Below, in pieces: positions 38,155 through 48,191 of a stretch of 57,208 bases of DNA. Below the pieces are notes generated by a model that worked only from the letters and a program-made list of their open reading frames with translations, was not told the DNA's origin and made no database searches. The DNA comes from a bacterium (GTDB lineage: Bacteria > SZUA-79 > Acidulodesulfobacterales > Acidulodesulfobacteraceae). Numbering within the stretch: the stretch's first letter is position 1; every line of letters begins with the position of its first letter. The stretch lies in assembly GCA_021822625.1 (NCBI GenBank), contig JAKAQK010000001.1:1-57208 (forward strand). The letters are read 5' to 3'. A program made the position numbers and the translations under genes.

Positions 38155-39147
38155 TTAATTATTTAATCCAAAAATTCTATACAAAAGTATTCTGTTATTG
38201 TTGGTATCAGCTACAGCAAGATATTTTCCGTTTTTAGATATTGAAATATTCGACTCATGATTAAAATTTCTGCCGCCTATACCGGGTGTCCCAAAATTAT
38301 ATGATTTAATAACATTAAATCCTTTAGAAAGTTTAAAAACGGTTATTATACTTCTTCCGTAATTTGCAACAAATAAATAACCGTTTTTATAAACTATACC
38401 TACCGGATGAAAAAGTTTATGCCCGTTTTCGCCTTTTGTCCCGATAGCGCCAAGTAAATTAAATTCTTTATCGAATACTAATATCTTTGAAAGTTTGTAA
38501 TCGGAAACATATATATATTGTTTATAAAATGCCATACTGACCGGTTTTTTTAAAATATTATGTTTAGCTTTATTTTTCGGGTCTTTGTTTTCGTAAAACT
38601 GACCATCTTTAAAATAAATTAGGATATCGTTAGCGCCGGAATTTGCGACATAAATTTTGCCGTCGGCAAAACCGGCATATGTCGGTTCAAGAAGCATTTT
38701 CTTTGGGTTTTTAGATTTTCCGAATTCCTTTATAAAATTTCCTTGCGGCGTAAAAACCTGAATTCTGGAATTGCCGGAATCTACAATATAAATGTCAGGT
38801 TTCCCATTAATAGATGAATAAACCGTGCCGTAAAGAGGCACCATAAATTCACCTGTCGTGCTCCCCTGTAATCCCCATTGCCTTATATATTTTCCCTGAA
38901 CATTAAACTTCAGAATTCTGGAATTGCCGGAATCTACAATATAAATAATCCTGCTGCCCTGAAAAAATACATCGGCAGGACCTTTTAAGCTATATTTATT
39001 TCCGATTATTCTGATTAATTTTATTGAAAACGGCGCTTTTTGAAAGTTTTTTATAAATTTCTTTTGAAAAACAAGAATTGCAAGAATAATAATTATTGCC
39101 AGACTTAAAATAAAAACTATTTTACTTACTTTTTCTTTAAAGGCCAT
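38155..39147 (-). CDS. Membrane-anchored NHL-repeat beta-propeller protein
   Basis: It has an N-terminal TM helix and six NHL-type blades (IYIVDSGNSRILKF, IYIVDSGNSRIQVF, IYVANSGANDILIY, IYVSDYKLSKILVF, LFVANYGRSIITVF, LAVADTNNNRILLY). Confidence 0.8.
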   Translation of the reverse strand: MAFKEKVSKIVFILSLAIIIILAILVFQKKFIKNFQKAPFSIKLIRIIGNKYSLKGPADVFFQGSRIIYIVDSGNSRILKFNVQGKYIRQWGLQGSTTGEFMVPLYGTVYSSINGKPDIYIVDSGNSRIQVFTPQGNFIKEFGKSKNPKKMLLEPTYAGFADGKIYVANSGANDILIYFKDGQFYENKDPKNKAKHNILKKPVSMAFYKQYIYVSDYKLSKILVFDKEFNLLGAIGTKGENGHKLFHPVGIVYKNGYLFVANYGRSIITVFKLSKGFNVIKSYNFGTPGIGGRNFNHESNISISKNGKYLAVADTNNNRILLYRIFGLNN

Positions 39148-39236
39148 AAACTTGCCTCCGCATTAAATTACATTCTTATTATAAGATAAATTGTACTATA
39201 TAAAATAAAAATTTAATGTATTATTTTTATCATTAA

Positions 39237-39731
39237 TCAATTAATATGTAAAGCAAGAAAATTTGAAAAGGATGAATCAACGTTAAAATAATTTTTGCTT
39301 TTTACGCAAAAGATATAATAATAGCCTTTTTTTAGCGCAGATTTATTTATTTTATAAAAAAATAGATTCAGGTTGCGGTTTCCTGTTTTATTTAATCTAA
39401 ATTTTTCGGCAAACTTTAAATTTTGTATTGCGGTAAGTTTCACCTGAGAACATGATAAATTTTTTTTTGTTTTCTTTTTAAAACTTTTTTCAAATATTAA
39501 AAATTCTTTGATATTCCCTGTATTAAATTTATATTTATAAATAACTGTAAGGATATCTGCTTTTTTTTTGATTGAAATTATATGCGGAGCGTAAGGAGGC
39601 TGAACGGTAGGAGCCTGCGGATATCCAGTCTTTGCGCATCCAGATAAAATTAAAACAAACAAAATGATAAATATAATTAATAAACCGGATAAAATAAAAC
39701 GATTCTTTTTAGGAAGTTCAATTAATAGCAT
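39237..39731 (-). CDS. Hypothetical lipoprotein
   Basis: A signal peptide with lipobox LILSGC is followed by a Pro-rich linker and a beta-rich domain. I prefer the ATG at 39731 to the TTG at 39737. Confidence 0.6.
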   Translation of the reverse strand: MLLIELPKKNRFILSGLLIIFIILFVLILSGCAKTGYPQAPTVQPPYAPHIISIKKKADILTVIYKYKFNTGNIKEFLIFEKSFKKKTKKNLSCSQVKLTAIQNLKFAEKFRLNKTGNRNLNLFFYKINKSALKKGYYYIFCVKSKNYFNVDSSFSNFLALHIN

Positions 39732-39893
39732 ACACAATATAATAACATAATATATAACATAACTTTAACTTTATTTAAGTCTTTTGTTTGCAGAAATTGT
39801 CGGATAAGCCATAACTTTACTATTAATCTAATTCTATAAAGTTATTATTGCATTATTAAATTATTTCATAGTGCCTTTGAGAGCCTTATTGCT

Positions 39894-41333
39894 TTATGAA
39901 AACATTTCATCATTTTTGTCTCTTTTAATTTCATCGTCATAATCCGGTATTATTTGCATTATTCGAGCTAATGACGTGCTGCCGTAAGTTTTTTTATTGT
40001 TTACTGAATGTCCGGCATCAAATAAAAAGTAAATATCATTTTCAAAAAGTTCGGAAAATTTTTTATAATCATTAATCGTAATTTCTGATAATTTTATATT
40101 TTTATCTTTGGAATAGCTCACGGCATTGCCTATTATTTCATGTGATTTTCTAAAAGGCAGACCTTTATTGACAAGATAGCTGGCCATATCGGTCGCATAT
40201 ATTGCGTCATCGGTAAGCTGCAGCAGCATATTGCTTTCTTTAAATTCAAGCGTTCTGATTATTTCCTTAAATATCTCCAAAGATTTATAAACAGTTTCAG
40301 AACATTCCATAACAGGCTTTTTATCCTCCTGCATATCTCTATTATAAGCAAGAGGTAAAGATTTCATCATGATAAAAAGAGAGATTAGCCCCGATATTAC
40401 GGAACCTGTTTTCCCTCTTATAAGTTCTAAAACATCCGGATTTTTCTTTTGCGGCATAATACTTGAACCTGTCGTAAATTTATCTTTGATATCTACAAAA
40501 TTAAATTCCTGAGAATTCCATAATATTAACTCTTCGCAAAATCTTGAAAGATGCAGGGATATCATTGATAAGACAAAATTAAATTCAATGGCAAAATCTC
40601 TATCTGAAACCGAGTCTATGCTATTTCTGGATATTTTTCCAAAACCGAGTATTTCTGCCTCTAATTCTCTGTCTATACTAAAATCGATGCCTGCAAGAGC
40701 TCCGCTGCCGAGAGTCATTGAGTCTGCAGAAACATATGCATTTTTTAATTTAGTAAAATCTCTGGTGAACATTTCGTAATAAGCAAGCAGATGATGAGCT
40801 AATGAAACAGGCTGGGCATGCTGCATATGGGTATAACCCGGCAAAAAAGTTTCAATGTTATCTTTTGCTTTTTTTATAAGTTCGCTTCTTAAACCGATTA
40901 GCACATCTGCTATCTTTTTTATTTCATTTTTAACATATAGCCTGAAATCCAATGAAACCTGGTCGTTTCTGGACCTGCCGGTATGCAATTTTTCGCCTGC
41001 GGCGCCTGTAAGCTCAATGAGCCTCTTTTCGATATTCATATGAATATCTTCATATCTTTTGTCAAATTTAAATTTATTTGATTTCAGTTCTTCGTTTATA
41101 ACGGAAAGCCCATCTTTAATTTTATTTTTTTCATTTTCCGTAACAAGCCCCGCCTTAAACAGCGCTTCAAGATGAGCAAGGCTGCCTTTGATGTCAAATT
41201 CCGCAAATTTTCTGTCTATATCCAGAGAAGCGGTGAAATCGGCAGTTAAATCGGAAATATCTTCTTTAAATCTTCCGCGGACAAAATTATCATTGCTCTC
41301 TATATTTGCTTTATTTGTTCTTTTTGCTGACAT
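39894..41333 (-). CDS. argH: Argininosuccinate lyase
   Basis: It has the fumarate-lyase signature GSSIMPQKKNPD, plus TGRSRNDQV and HMQHAQP. Confidence 0.97.
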   Translation of the reverse strand: MSAKRTNKANIESNDNFVRGRFKEDISDLTADFTASLDIDRKFAEFDIKGSLAHLEALFKAGLVTENEKNKIKDGLSVINEELKSNKFKFDKRYEDIHMNIEKRLIELTGAAGEKLHTGRSRNDQVSLDFRLYVKNEIKKIADVLIGLRSELIKKAKDNIETFLPGYTHMQHAQPVSLAHHLLAYYEMFTRDFTKLKNAYVSADSMTLGSGALAGIDFSIDRELEAEILGFGKISRNSIDSVSDRDFAIEFNFVLSMISLHLSRFCEELILWNSQEFNFVDIKDKFTTGSSIMPQKKNPDVLELIRGKTGSVISGLISLFIMMKSLPLAYNRDMQEDKKPVMECSETVYKSLEIFKEIIRTLEFKESNMLLQLTDDAIYATDMASYLVNKGLPFRKSHEIIGNAVSYSKDKNIKLSEITINDYKKFSELFENDIYFLFDAGHSVNNKKTYGSTSLARIMQIIPDYDDEIKRDKNDEMFS

Positions 41334-41490
41334 TTTATATAATTTTTATACAGTATTATATAGTTTATTATAAGTTATTATATAGTTTATTAATAGTTAT
41401 ATTAAATTTTAGTTTAATGCAATAAATGAATTCTCCGCCCTTTCCAACGGGACTTACCTGCAATGTTAGTTAAAAAATAATTAATATTTA

Positions 41491-42690
41491 TTATTTTCTC
41501 AATTTAAATCTTAATGCTTTTAAATTAATAAAACCCGTTGCGTCTTTTTGAGAATAAGAACCTTTGTCGTCTTCAAACGTGACAATAGATTCAGAATACA
41601 AAGTTTTATCAGACTTTCTGTATAATATTTTTATATTGCCTTTATATAATTCTATACCGATGCTGCCCCAGACATTTTTCTGCGTTGAATCAATCATATT
41701 CTGTAATGCGCTAAACTCGGGACTGAACCAGCTGCCTTCATAAATTAATCTTGAATATTTTGGCAGAAGAGCGTCTTTTAACTCTATTTCCTCTCCTGTC
41801 AGCGTTATAGCCTCCAGCGCCCTGTGAGTAAATTGAAGCAGAGTTCCGGCAGGGGTTTCGTATATCCCTCTTGATTTCATTCCTGTAATCCTTGTTTCTA
41901 CGACGTCCGCCCTTCCTATGCCGTTTCTTCCCGCAATTATATTCAGTTTTTCTATAATATTGAACGGAGTCTCTTTTCTGCCGTTTAGATATACCGGATT
42001 TCCATTTTCATAAGCAATTTCAACTTTTTCAGATTTGTCAGGCGCATTTTCAGGCGAAACGGTAATTTCAAACATGCTTTCATCCGGCGCATTATTTAAA
42101 TCCTCTAATATGCCGCCCTCATAGCTTATATGAAAAAGATTTCTGTCGCTTGAATAAGGTTTATCTTTTGTAACCGGTACTGCGATACCGTTTTTAGCGG
42201 CATAGTCTATGAGTTCAGTCCTTGATGCTATATCCCACATTCTCCATGGGGCAATAACTTTAATTTTAGGATTGACCGCGGCATAGGCAAGTTCGAAACG
42301 AACCTGGTCGTTGCCTTTGCCGGTAGCCCCGTGGGCAACGTATTCGGCTCCGGTTTGAGCAGCCAGCTCAATCTGCCTTTTTGCGATTAAAGGTCTTGCA
42401 ATTGACGTACCAAGCAGATATATGCCTTCATATAAAGCATTGCCTCTTAAAGCCGGAAAAATATAATTTGAAGCAAATTCCTCTCTTAAGTCTTCTATGA
42501 TTATCTCTGCCGCACCTGTCTTAATTGCTTTTTCTCTGACGGCATTTAAATCTTCCTTCTGTCCTACATCTGAACAGTAGGCTATCACATCGGCATTGTA
42601 AGTATTAATAAGCCATTTTAATATAACCGAAGTATCCAAACCGCCCGAATATGCAAGAACAATCTTTGTCTTTCCGGTATTATTCGCCAT
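41491..42690 (-). CDS. argG: Argininosuccinate synthase
   Basis: It has AYSGGLDTS, GATGKGNDQVRFE and SSDRNLFHIS. Confidence 0.97.
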   Translation of the reverse strand: MANNTGKTKIVLAYSGGLDTSVILKWLINTYNADVIAYCSDVGQKEDLNAVREKAIKTGAAEIIIEDLREEFASNYIFPALRGNALYEGIYLLGTSIARPLIAKRQIELAAQTGAEYVAHGATGKGNDQVRFELAYAAVNPKIKVIAPWRMWDIASRTELIDYAAKNGIAVPVTKDKPYSSDRNLFHISYEGGILEDLNNAPDESMFEITVSPENAPDKSEKVEIAYENGNPVYLNGRKETPFNIIEKLNIIAGRNGIGRADVVETRITGMKSRGIYETPAGTLLQFTHRALEAITLTGEEIELKDALLPKYSRLIYEGSWFSPEFSALQNMIDSTQKNVWGSIGIELYKGNIKILYRKSDKTLYSESIVTFEDDKGSYSQKDATGFINLKALRFKLRK

Positions 42691-42769
42691 TTTTTATCCC
42701 TTATTAAGTAATATTAAGTAATTAGAGTTATAACTTTTAAATATATAACTGTTTAAAATTATATGAAAA

Positions 42770-43678
42770 TTATATAAATATCTTTTCCATTAGCGCTTTT
42801 TGCACATGCAGCCTGTTTTCAGCCTCATCAAAAATATTTTTTGAAAAATTTTCAAATACTTCTTCCGATATTTCCTCGCCTCTGTGAGCAGGCAAACAAT
42901 GAAGAAGAATAACATCGTTCTTTGCGCTGTCTACAACAGATTTATCGATAATATAAGGCTTAAGTTTTTGTATTTTTATATCATCGTTATCCTGCCCCAT
43001 ACTTATAAAAACATCGGTGGTGACAACATCTGCATCTTCTGAAGCTATTAATTTATCGTGGATTATTTCAAAAGAACCGCCGTATTTTTTAGAATTATCG
43101 ATAACTTTTTGATTAACTTTGAAACCATCGGGAATAGCCAGAACAAGCCTAAAACCCATGAGCGCCTGAAGATTAATCCATGAATTAGACATATTGTTAG
43201 GATCGCCTAAATAAACTACTTTAATTTTTTTTATATCATTTTTAATCTCATAAACCGTAAATAAATCCGATAAAATCTGCGCAGGATGATACATATCCGT
43301 CAAACCGTTTATTACCGGTTTTTCAAAAAAATCGGCAAATTCTTCTATTCGAGCCTGCCCAAAAGTTCTAATGATAACCCCGTCTAAATATTTAGAGAGT
43401 ACCCTTGCGGTATCTTTTATCGGTTCTCCTCTTCCGAGTTGCATGTCTCTGGAAGACATAAACAGCGGCGAACCGCCCAGTTCTATAATGCCTACCTCAA
43501 AAGACACCCTTGTTCTCGTAGAAGATTTTTCAAATATCATACCTATTTTTTTGTCAGTGAGCGGTTTTTCGCTATTATTAAGTCTATTTTTTTTAAAATA
43601 CAACGCCCGTTCAAAAATAGAATAAATTTCTTCTTCAGTTAAGTCTAATACGGAAAGAAAATTTTTTACTTTATCCAT
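42770..43678 (-). CDS. argF: Ornithine carbamoyltransferase
   Basis: It has STRTRVSFE, HPAQILSD, DVFISMG and HCLPAHRGEE. Confidence 0.93.
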   Translation of the reverse strand: MDKVKNFLSVLDLTEEEIYSIFERALYFKKNRLNNSEKPLTDKKIGMIFEKSSTRTRVSFEVGIIELGGSPLFMSSRDMQLGRGEPIKDTARVLSKYLDGVIIRTFGQARIEEFADFFEKPVINGLTDMYHPAQILSDLFTVYEIKNDIKKIKVVYLGDPNNMSNSWINLQALMGFRLVLAIPDGFKVNQKVIDNSKKYGGSFEIIHDKLIASEDADVVTTDVFISMGQDNDDIKIQKLKPYIIDKSVVDSAKNDVILLHCLPAHRGEEISEEVFENFSKNIFDEAENRLHVQKALMEKIFI

Positions 43679-43759
43679 TTTATTTTATATCCTGTTCAAT
43701 TTATTATCAATTATTAGTTTCATTCATTCTGTTTACTTATACTTATATTAATCAAATAA

Positions 43760-44947
43760 TCAAGAATTTAAAATTTCATCTATAGCGCTGCAGATTAAAT
43801 CAATTTCTTTTATGCCTATAATTAAAGGAGGCGTTAATCTGATGGCTTTTTCCTGCACGGTGGTCGTAAGAAATCCCATATCGATTAATTTTATAGCCAT
43901 ATCCTTTGATTTTATGTCATAAAATTCGATTGCGCTTATAAGACCTATTGAACGTATCTCTTTAATTTTACCAGAAAATTTTTCTTTCAGTTTAATCAGC
44001 TTTTCCTTTAAATATAAACCTTTTTCCGTAACATTTTTAAGAAAATCTTTTTTTAAAATTTCATCCATAAAGGCATTAGCGGCAGAACAGACTAACGGTC
44101 CGCCGCCGAATGTAGAAGCATGGTTTCCGGGTTCAAATGCGTCCGCCGCTTTCTGCGTGGCGAGCACTGCGCCGATAGGCAACCCGCCCGCAAGCGGCTT
44201 TGCTAAAGTCATAATATCCGGTTCTACATCAAAATTCATGTATGCAAAAAGTTTACCGGTTCTTCCAAGTCCTGCCTGCACTTCGTCAAATATTAAAAGC
44301 ATATTATTTTTTTCGGTAATTTCTCTAATTTTTTTAATATAATCGCGCGATGCTATATTTACTCCGCCTTCTCCCTGCACCGGTTCAAGCAATATTGCGC
44401 AATAATCATCATTGCCGTCTATAAGATTTTCTATCTGCTTTATATCATTATAATCAGCGTAATCGAAGCCGGGCAAAAGCGGTTCAAAACCCTTGCGGTA
44501 TTTTTCCTGCCCTGTTGCCGCAAGCGCTCCGAAAGTTCGGCCGTGAAAAGAATTATTCATGCTGATTATTTTATAACCTCTTTTTGAAATTTTGGCAGAG
44601 TAGCTTCTTGCTAATTTAATGGCCCCTTCAATACTTTCGGCTCCGCTATTGCAAAAAAACACTTTAGAGGCAAATGAGTTTTCTACTAATTTTTGCGCCA
44701 ATAAAGCTTGCGGCTCGGTATAAAAATAATTTGAGACGTGAATTAATTTTTTTAACTGGTCTGTAACGGCATTATTAATAGATTCATTATTATATCCGAG
44801 ATTATTTACGGCAATACCGGCTGCAAAATCAATATATCTTTTGCCTTTTTCATCGAAAAGTTCCGTCCCGCTGCCTTTCGTCAATTCAAGGTCAAATCTT
44901 GAATAGGTATTCATAATATATTTAGCAGTAAGTTCTTTTGTATTCAT
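43760..44947 (-). CDS. argD: Acetylornithine aminotransferase (class III PLP)
   Basis: It has SGAESIEGAIKLAR, DEVQAGLGRTG and TLAKPLAGG (PLP Lys). The arg-cluster context supports the call. Confidence 0.9.
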   Translation of the reverse strand: MNTKELTAKYIMNTYSRFDLELTKGSGTELFDEKGKRYIDFAAGIAVNNLGYNNESINNAVTDQLKKLIHVSNYFYTEPQALLAQKLVENSFASKVFFCNSGAESIEGAIKLARSYSAKISKRGYKIISMNNSFHGRTFGALAATGQEKYRKGFEPLLPGFDYADYNDIKQIENLIDGNDDYCAILLEPVQGEGGVNIASRDYIKKIREITEKNNMLLIFDEVQAGLGRTGKLFAYMNFDVEPDIMTLAKPLAGGLPIGAVLATQKAADAFEPGNHASTFGGGPLVCSAANAFMDEILKKDFLKNVTEKGLYLKEKLIKLKEKFSGKIKEIRSIGLISAIEFYDIKSKDMAIKLIDMGFLTTTVQEKAIRLTPPLIIGIKEIDLICSAIDEILNS

Positions 44948-45207
44948 CTTATTTTATAGCTCCTTAAATTATTTTTTAATTAATAAATAGAGACAGAGAC
45001 TAATTAATAATATATTAATATTATATTATATACGGTAATCTATGCTGCTAATTACGCTAATAGGTGAACGTTAAAGCGTACATCTCTCAATTGAAAATGA
45101 AAGAATTTCGCAGATTATTCCTAAATAAAATTGAACTAATAATATAATAATAATTTAAATAACAGAATAATAAATAATGCCTCCTTTTATTTCATAGCAT
45201 TATTTGT

Positions 45208-46056
45208 TCATAGCATTATTTGCGTGCCTATGCCTTTTTTGGTAAATATTTCTAATAAAACGGCATGAGGAACGGAACCGTTAATTATATGAACTTTTTT
45301 AACTCCGTTTTTTACGGCGTTTACGCATGAATTTACCTTAGGTATCATGCCTCCGTATATTATCCCATTTTGTAGCATTTTTTCAATATCTTTTTCTTTT
45401 GCCGATTCTATAAGTTTTCCTTCGCTGTTTAAAAGCCCGTCCTGGTCGGAAAGCATAATAAGTTTTTCCGCTTTAAGTTCGGAAGCAATGGCGGAAGCTG
45501 CCGTATCGGCATTAATATTTAACGTAATACCGGATTCGTCCATGCTGACGGGGGCTATAACCGGAATAAATGATTTATCCAATGTTTCTAATATTTCTTT
45601 ATTTATTTTTTTTACGATGCCTACGTTTCCCAAATCTATATGTTCATTTTTAATTCTTTCCGCAATAATTAAATTTCCGTCTTTTCCAGATATCCCGCAG
45701 GCTTTTCCGCCAAATTTGCCTATTAAAGCAACAATATCCTTATTAATTTTGCCCGACAAAACCATTTCCACAACTTCCATGGTTCCGGCGTCAGTTAAAC
45801 GAAACCCGTTGTGATAATTGCTTTTTATCCCAAGACGGTTTAAAAGATTGTCGATATCCTTGCCCCCGCCGTGCACCACAACAATATTAATCCCTATCAA
45901 TTTCAGTAATATTATATCCATTACGAAATTTTCTTTGAGCTCATTAGATGTAGCGATAGAACCGCCAAATTTTATTACAAATGTTTTTGAATAAAATTCC
46001 TGGATATAAGGTAATGCCTCAAGAAGTGTTTTTGCTTTTTTTATATATTCTTCCAT
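45208..46056 (-). CDS. argB: Acetylglutamate kinase
   Basis: It has FVIKFGGS, VVVHGGG and NINADTAA. Confidence 0.95.
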   Translation of the reverse strand: MEEYIKKAKTLLEALPYIQEFYSKTFVIKFGGSIATSNELKENFVMDIILLKLIGINIVVVHGGGKDIDNLLNRLGIKSNYHNGFRLTDAGTMEVVEMVLSGKINKDIVALIGKFGGKACGISGKDGNLIIAERIKNEHIDLGNVGIVKKINKEILETLDKSFIPVIAPVSMDESGITLNINADTAASAIASELKAEKLIMLSDQDGLLNSEGKLIESAKEKDIEKMLQNGIIYGGMIPKVNSCVNAVKNGVKKVHIINGSVPHAVLLEIFTKKGIGTQIML

Positions 46057-46082
46057 AATTTTTTTATATTTGCGATAAGCAA

Positions 46083-47450
46083 TTATAAAATATATCTCGC
46101 AAGGTCTTCGTCTTTAACTATATCTTTTAATTTGGAATCAATATATTTTGCGTCAATGATAAATTTTTTGGCAGTTTTATACGGCGCGTCAAATGATATA
46201 TCTTCCATCGCTTTTTCTAATATAGTCTGAAGCCTTCTTGCGCCGATATTTTCAGTTTTAAGATTTATTTCTTCGGCTATCTCGGCAATACGTTCAATGC
46301 CGTCTTCCGTAAAATCTAAATTTACCTTTTCAGTTTTTAAAAGCTCGCGGTATTGTTTTATTAATGCATTTTTAGGCTCTTTTAATATTCTTATAAAGTC
46401 ATTTTTACTTAATGATTCCATTTCAACGCGTATAGGAAATCTGCCCTGTAATTCCGGTATAAGGTCTGACGGTTTGGACACATGAAAAGCCCCCGCAGCT
46501 ATAAATAATATATGGTCTGTTTTGACAACTCCGTATTTAGTCATTACATTTGAACCTTCTATAATGGGAAGCAAATCCCTTTGAACGCCTTCTCTGGAAA
46601 TATCCGGTCCATATGATTTTTCACGTGAAGCAATTTTATCAATCTCATCTATAAAAACCAATCCTGAATTCTCTAACTTTTCTATTGCATTTTTAATTAC
46701 TTTATCTGTATCTACAAGCCGTTCGCTTTCTTCACGTATCAATATTTCATACGCTTCGGAAACCCTGACTTTTTCAAGTTTTTTTTGCTTAGGAAACATG
46801 CCTGAAAACATTTCTTTTAAATCCTGCCCTATATCGTCAAAACCTGCCTGACCGGAAAAAACCTCTATAACCGGAAATGCTTGCCTGTTAGATGATTTAA
46901 CCTCCATTTCGACGGTTCTGTCGTCAAGTTTTCCTTCTTTAAACATTTTTCTAAATTTTTCTCTTGTATGCGCATGCGTATCGGCAGGAATTTCCGCCGC
47001 ATTTTTTTTAGACACCTTCGGCGGCGCCGGAACTAATAAATCTAACAGCATCTCCTCGGCGTTTTCCTGAGCTTTTTCAATAACATTATCCATTTCTTTT
47101 GTTTTTTCGCTCATAATAGAAATTTCGGTCAGGTCTCTTATCATCGCTTCTACGTCTCTTCCCATATACCCTACTTCAGTGAATTTAGAAGCCTCCACTT
47201 TAATGAAAGGAGAGTCTGAAAGTTTAGCTATTCTTCGCGCTATTTCAGTTTTGCCTACTCCGGTCGGTCCAATTAATAAAATATTTTTAGGCACTATATC
47301 ATCCATTATATCTGCCGGTACGGTGTTTCTTCTAAAGCGGGTCCTTAGAGCTATAGCAACAGCCCTTTTGGCTTTATCCTGACCTATAACGTATTTATTA
47401 AGTTCTTTCACTATTTCTTTAGGTGTTAAAAAATCTATTTTCCCAGCCAT
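46083..47450 (-). CDS. hslU: ATP-dependent protease ATPase subunit HslU
   Basis: It has Walker [14 protein letters not shown] and Walker B FIDEIDKI, an I-domain and a C-terminal ...DEDLARYIL. Confidence 0.97.
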   Translation of the reverse strand: MAGKIDFLTPKEIVKELNKYVIGQDKAKRAVAIALRTRFRRNTVPADIMDDIVPKNILLIGPTGVGKTEIARRIAKLSDSPFIKVEASKFTEVGYMGRDVEAMIRDLTEISIMSEKTKEMDNVIEKAQENAEEMLLDLLVPAPPKVSKKNAAEIPADTHAHTREKFRKMFKEGKLDDRTVEMEVKSSNRQAFPVIEVFSGQAGFDDIGQDLKEMFSGMFPKQKKLEKVRVSEAYEILIREESERLVDTDKVIKNAIEKLENSGLVFIDEIDKIASREKSYGPDISREGVQRDLLPIIEGSNVMTKYGVVKTDHILFIAAGAFHVSKPSDLIPELQGRFPIRVEMESLSKNDFIRILKEPKNALIKQYRELLKTEKVNLDFTEDGIERIAEIAEEINLKTENIGARRLQTILEKAMEDISFDAPYKTAKKFIIDAKYIDSKLKDIVKDEDLARYIL

Positions 47451-47514
47451 ATTATATTATTTCTCCTCGCCGTTAAGTTTTAAATTGTAATAATATTGAT
47501 TGTTTGATTTGCGC

Positions 47515-48075
47515 TTATAGTGCTTCTACTATAATATTATTGTTGGTATATATACATATCCTTGAAGCTATTTTTATGGAATATTCTGCTATATCCTTTG
47601 CTTCCATTTGCGTATTTTCCATTAAAGCAAGGGCGCACGCCATGGCATAAGGCCCGCCTGAACCGATTGAGAGAACATTTTCGTTTTCATCGGGTTCTAT
47701 AACGTCTCCTGCTCCAGATATTATAAATAAATCCTTGGCATCGGCAATAATAAGCATCGCTTCAAGCCTGCGTAAAATCTTATCGGTTCTCCAGTCTTTG
47801 GCAAGTTCGACGCTTGCTCTCCTCACATTACCGTTAAATTTTGCAAGTTTTTCTTCCATTTTTTCAAAAAGAGTGAAGGCATCCGCCGTAGCACCGGCGA
47901 AACCTGTTATTACTTTGTCGTCATAAAGCCTTCTAACCTTTTTTGCGGTATTTTTCATAACGGTATTACCTAATGTAACCTGCCCGTCGCCCGCGACGGC
48001 TATATGACCGTTTCTTCTAACGCCTATTATAGTTGTACCTAAAAGTTTTGCTCCTTCATCATTATTATTTGTCAT
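47515..48075 (-). CDS. hslV: ATP-dependent protease subunit HslV with a 13-aa N-terminal extension
   Basis: [26 protein letters not shown]...GSGGPYA is canonical HslV. The nucleophile Thr is preceded by [13 protein letters not shown]. Confidence 0.95.
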   Translation of the reverse strand: MTNNNDEGAKLLGTTIIGVRRNGHIAVAGDGQVTLGNTVMKNTAKKVRRLYDDKVITGFAGATADAFTLFEKMEEKLAKFNGNVRRASVELAKDWRTDKILRRLEAMLIIADAKDLFIISGAGDVIEPDENENVLSIGSGGPYAMACALALMENTQMEAKDIAEYSIKIASRICIYTNNNIIVEAL

Positions 48076-48191
48076 TGTATATTAATTCTCCTTGATTTAT
48101 GTACGATGTACGCTGCCTTATATGAATAAAATCGATGCTATGTTTAATTAATCTTATAATATATTAATTAATAATTAAGTTAGACAATAAA

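Noticed and set aside
47383-47451. Apparent 1-nt frame discrepancy while hand-translating the 5' end of hslU (around 47400).
   Set aside because: The supplied ORF track gives an uninterrupted 455-aa HslU with the expected N-terminus. I therefore attribute the discrepancy to my own base counting and not to a frameshift or programmed recoding.
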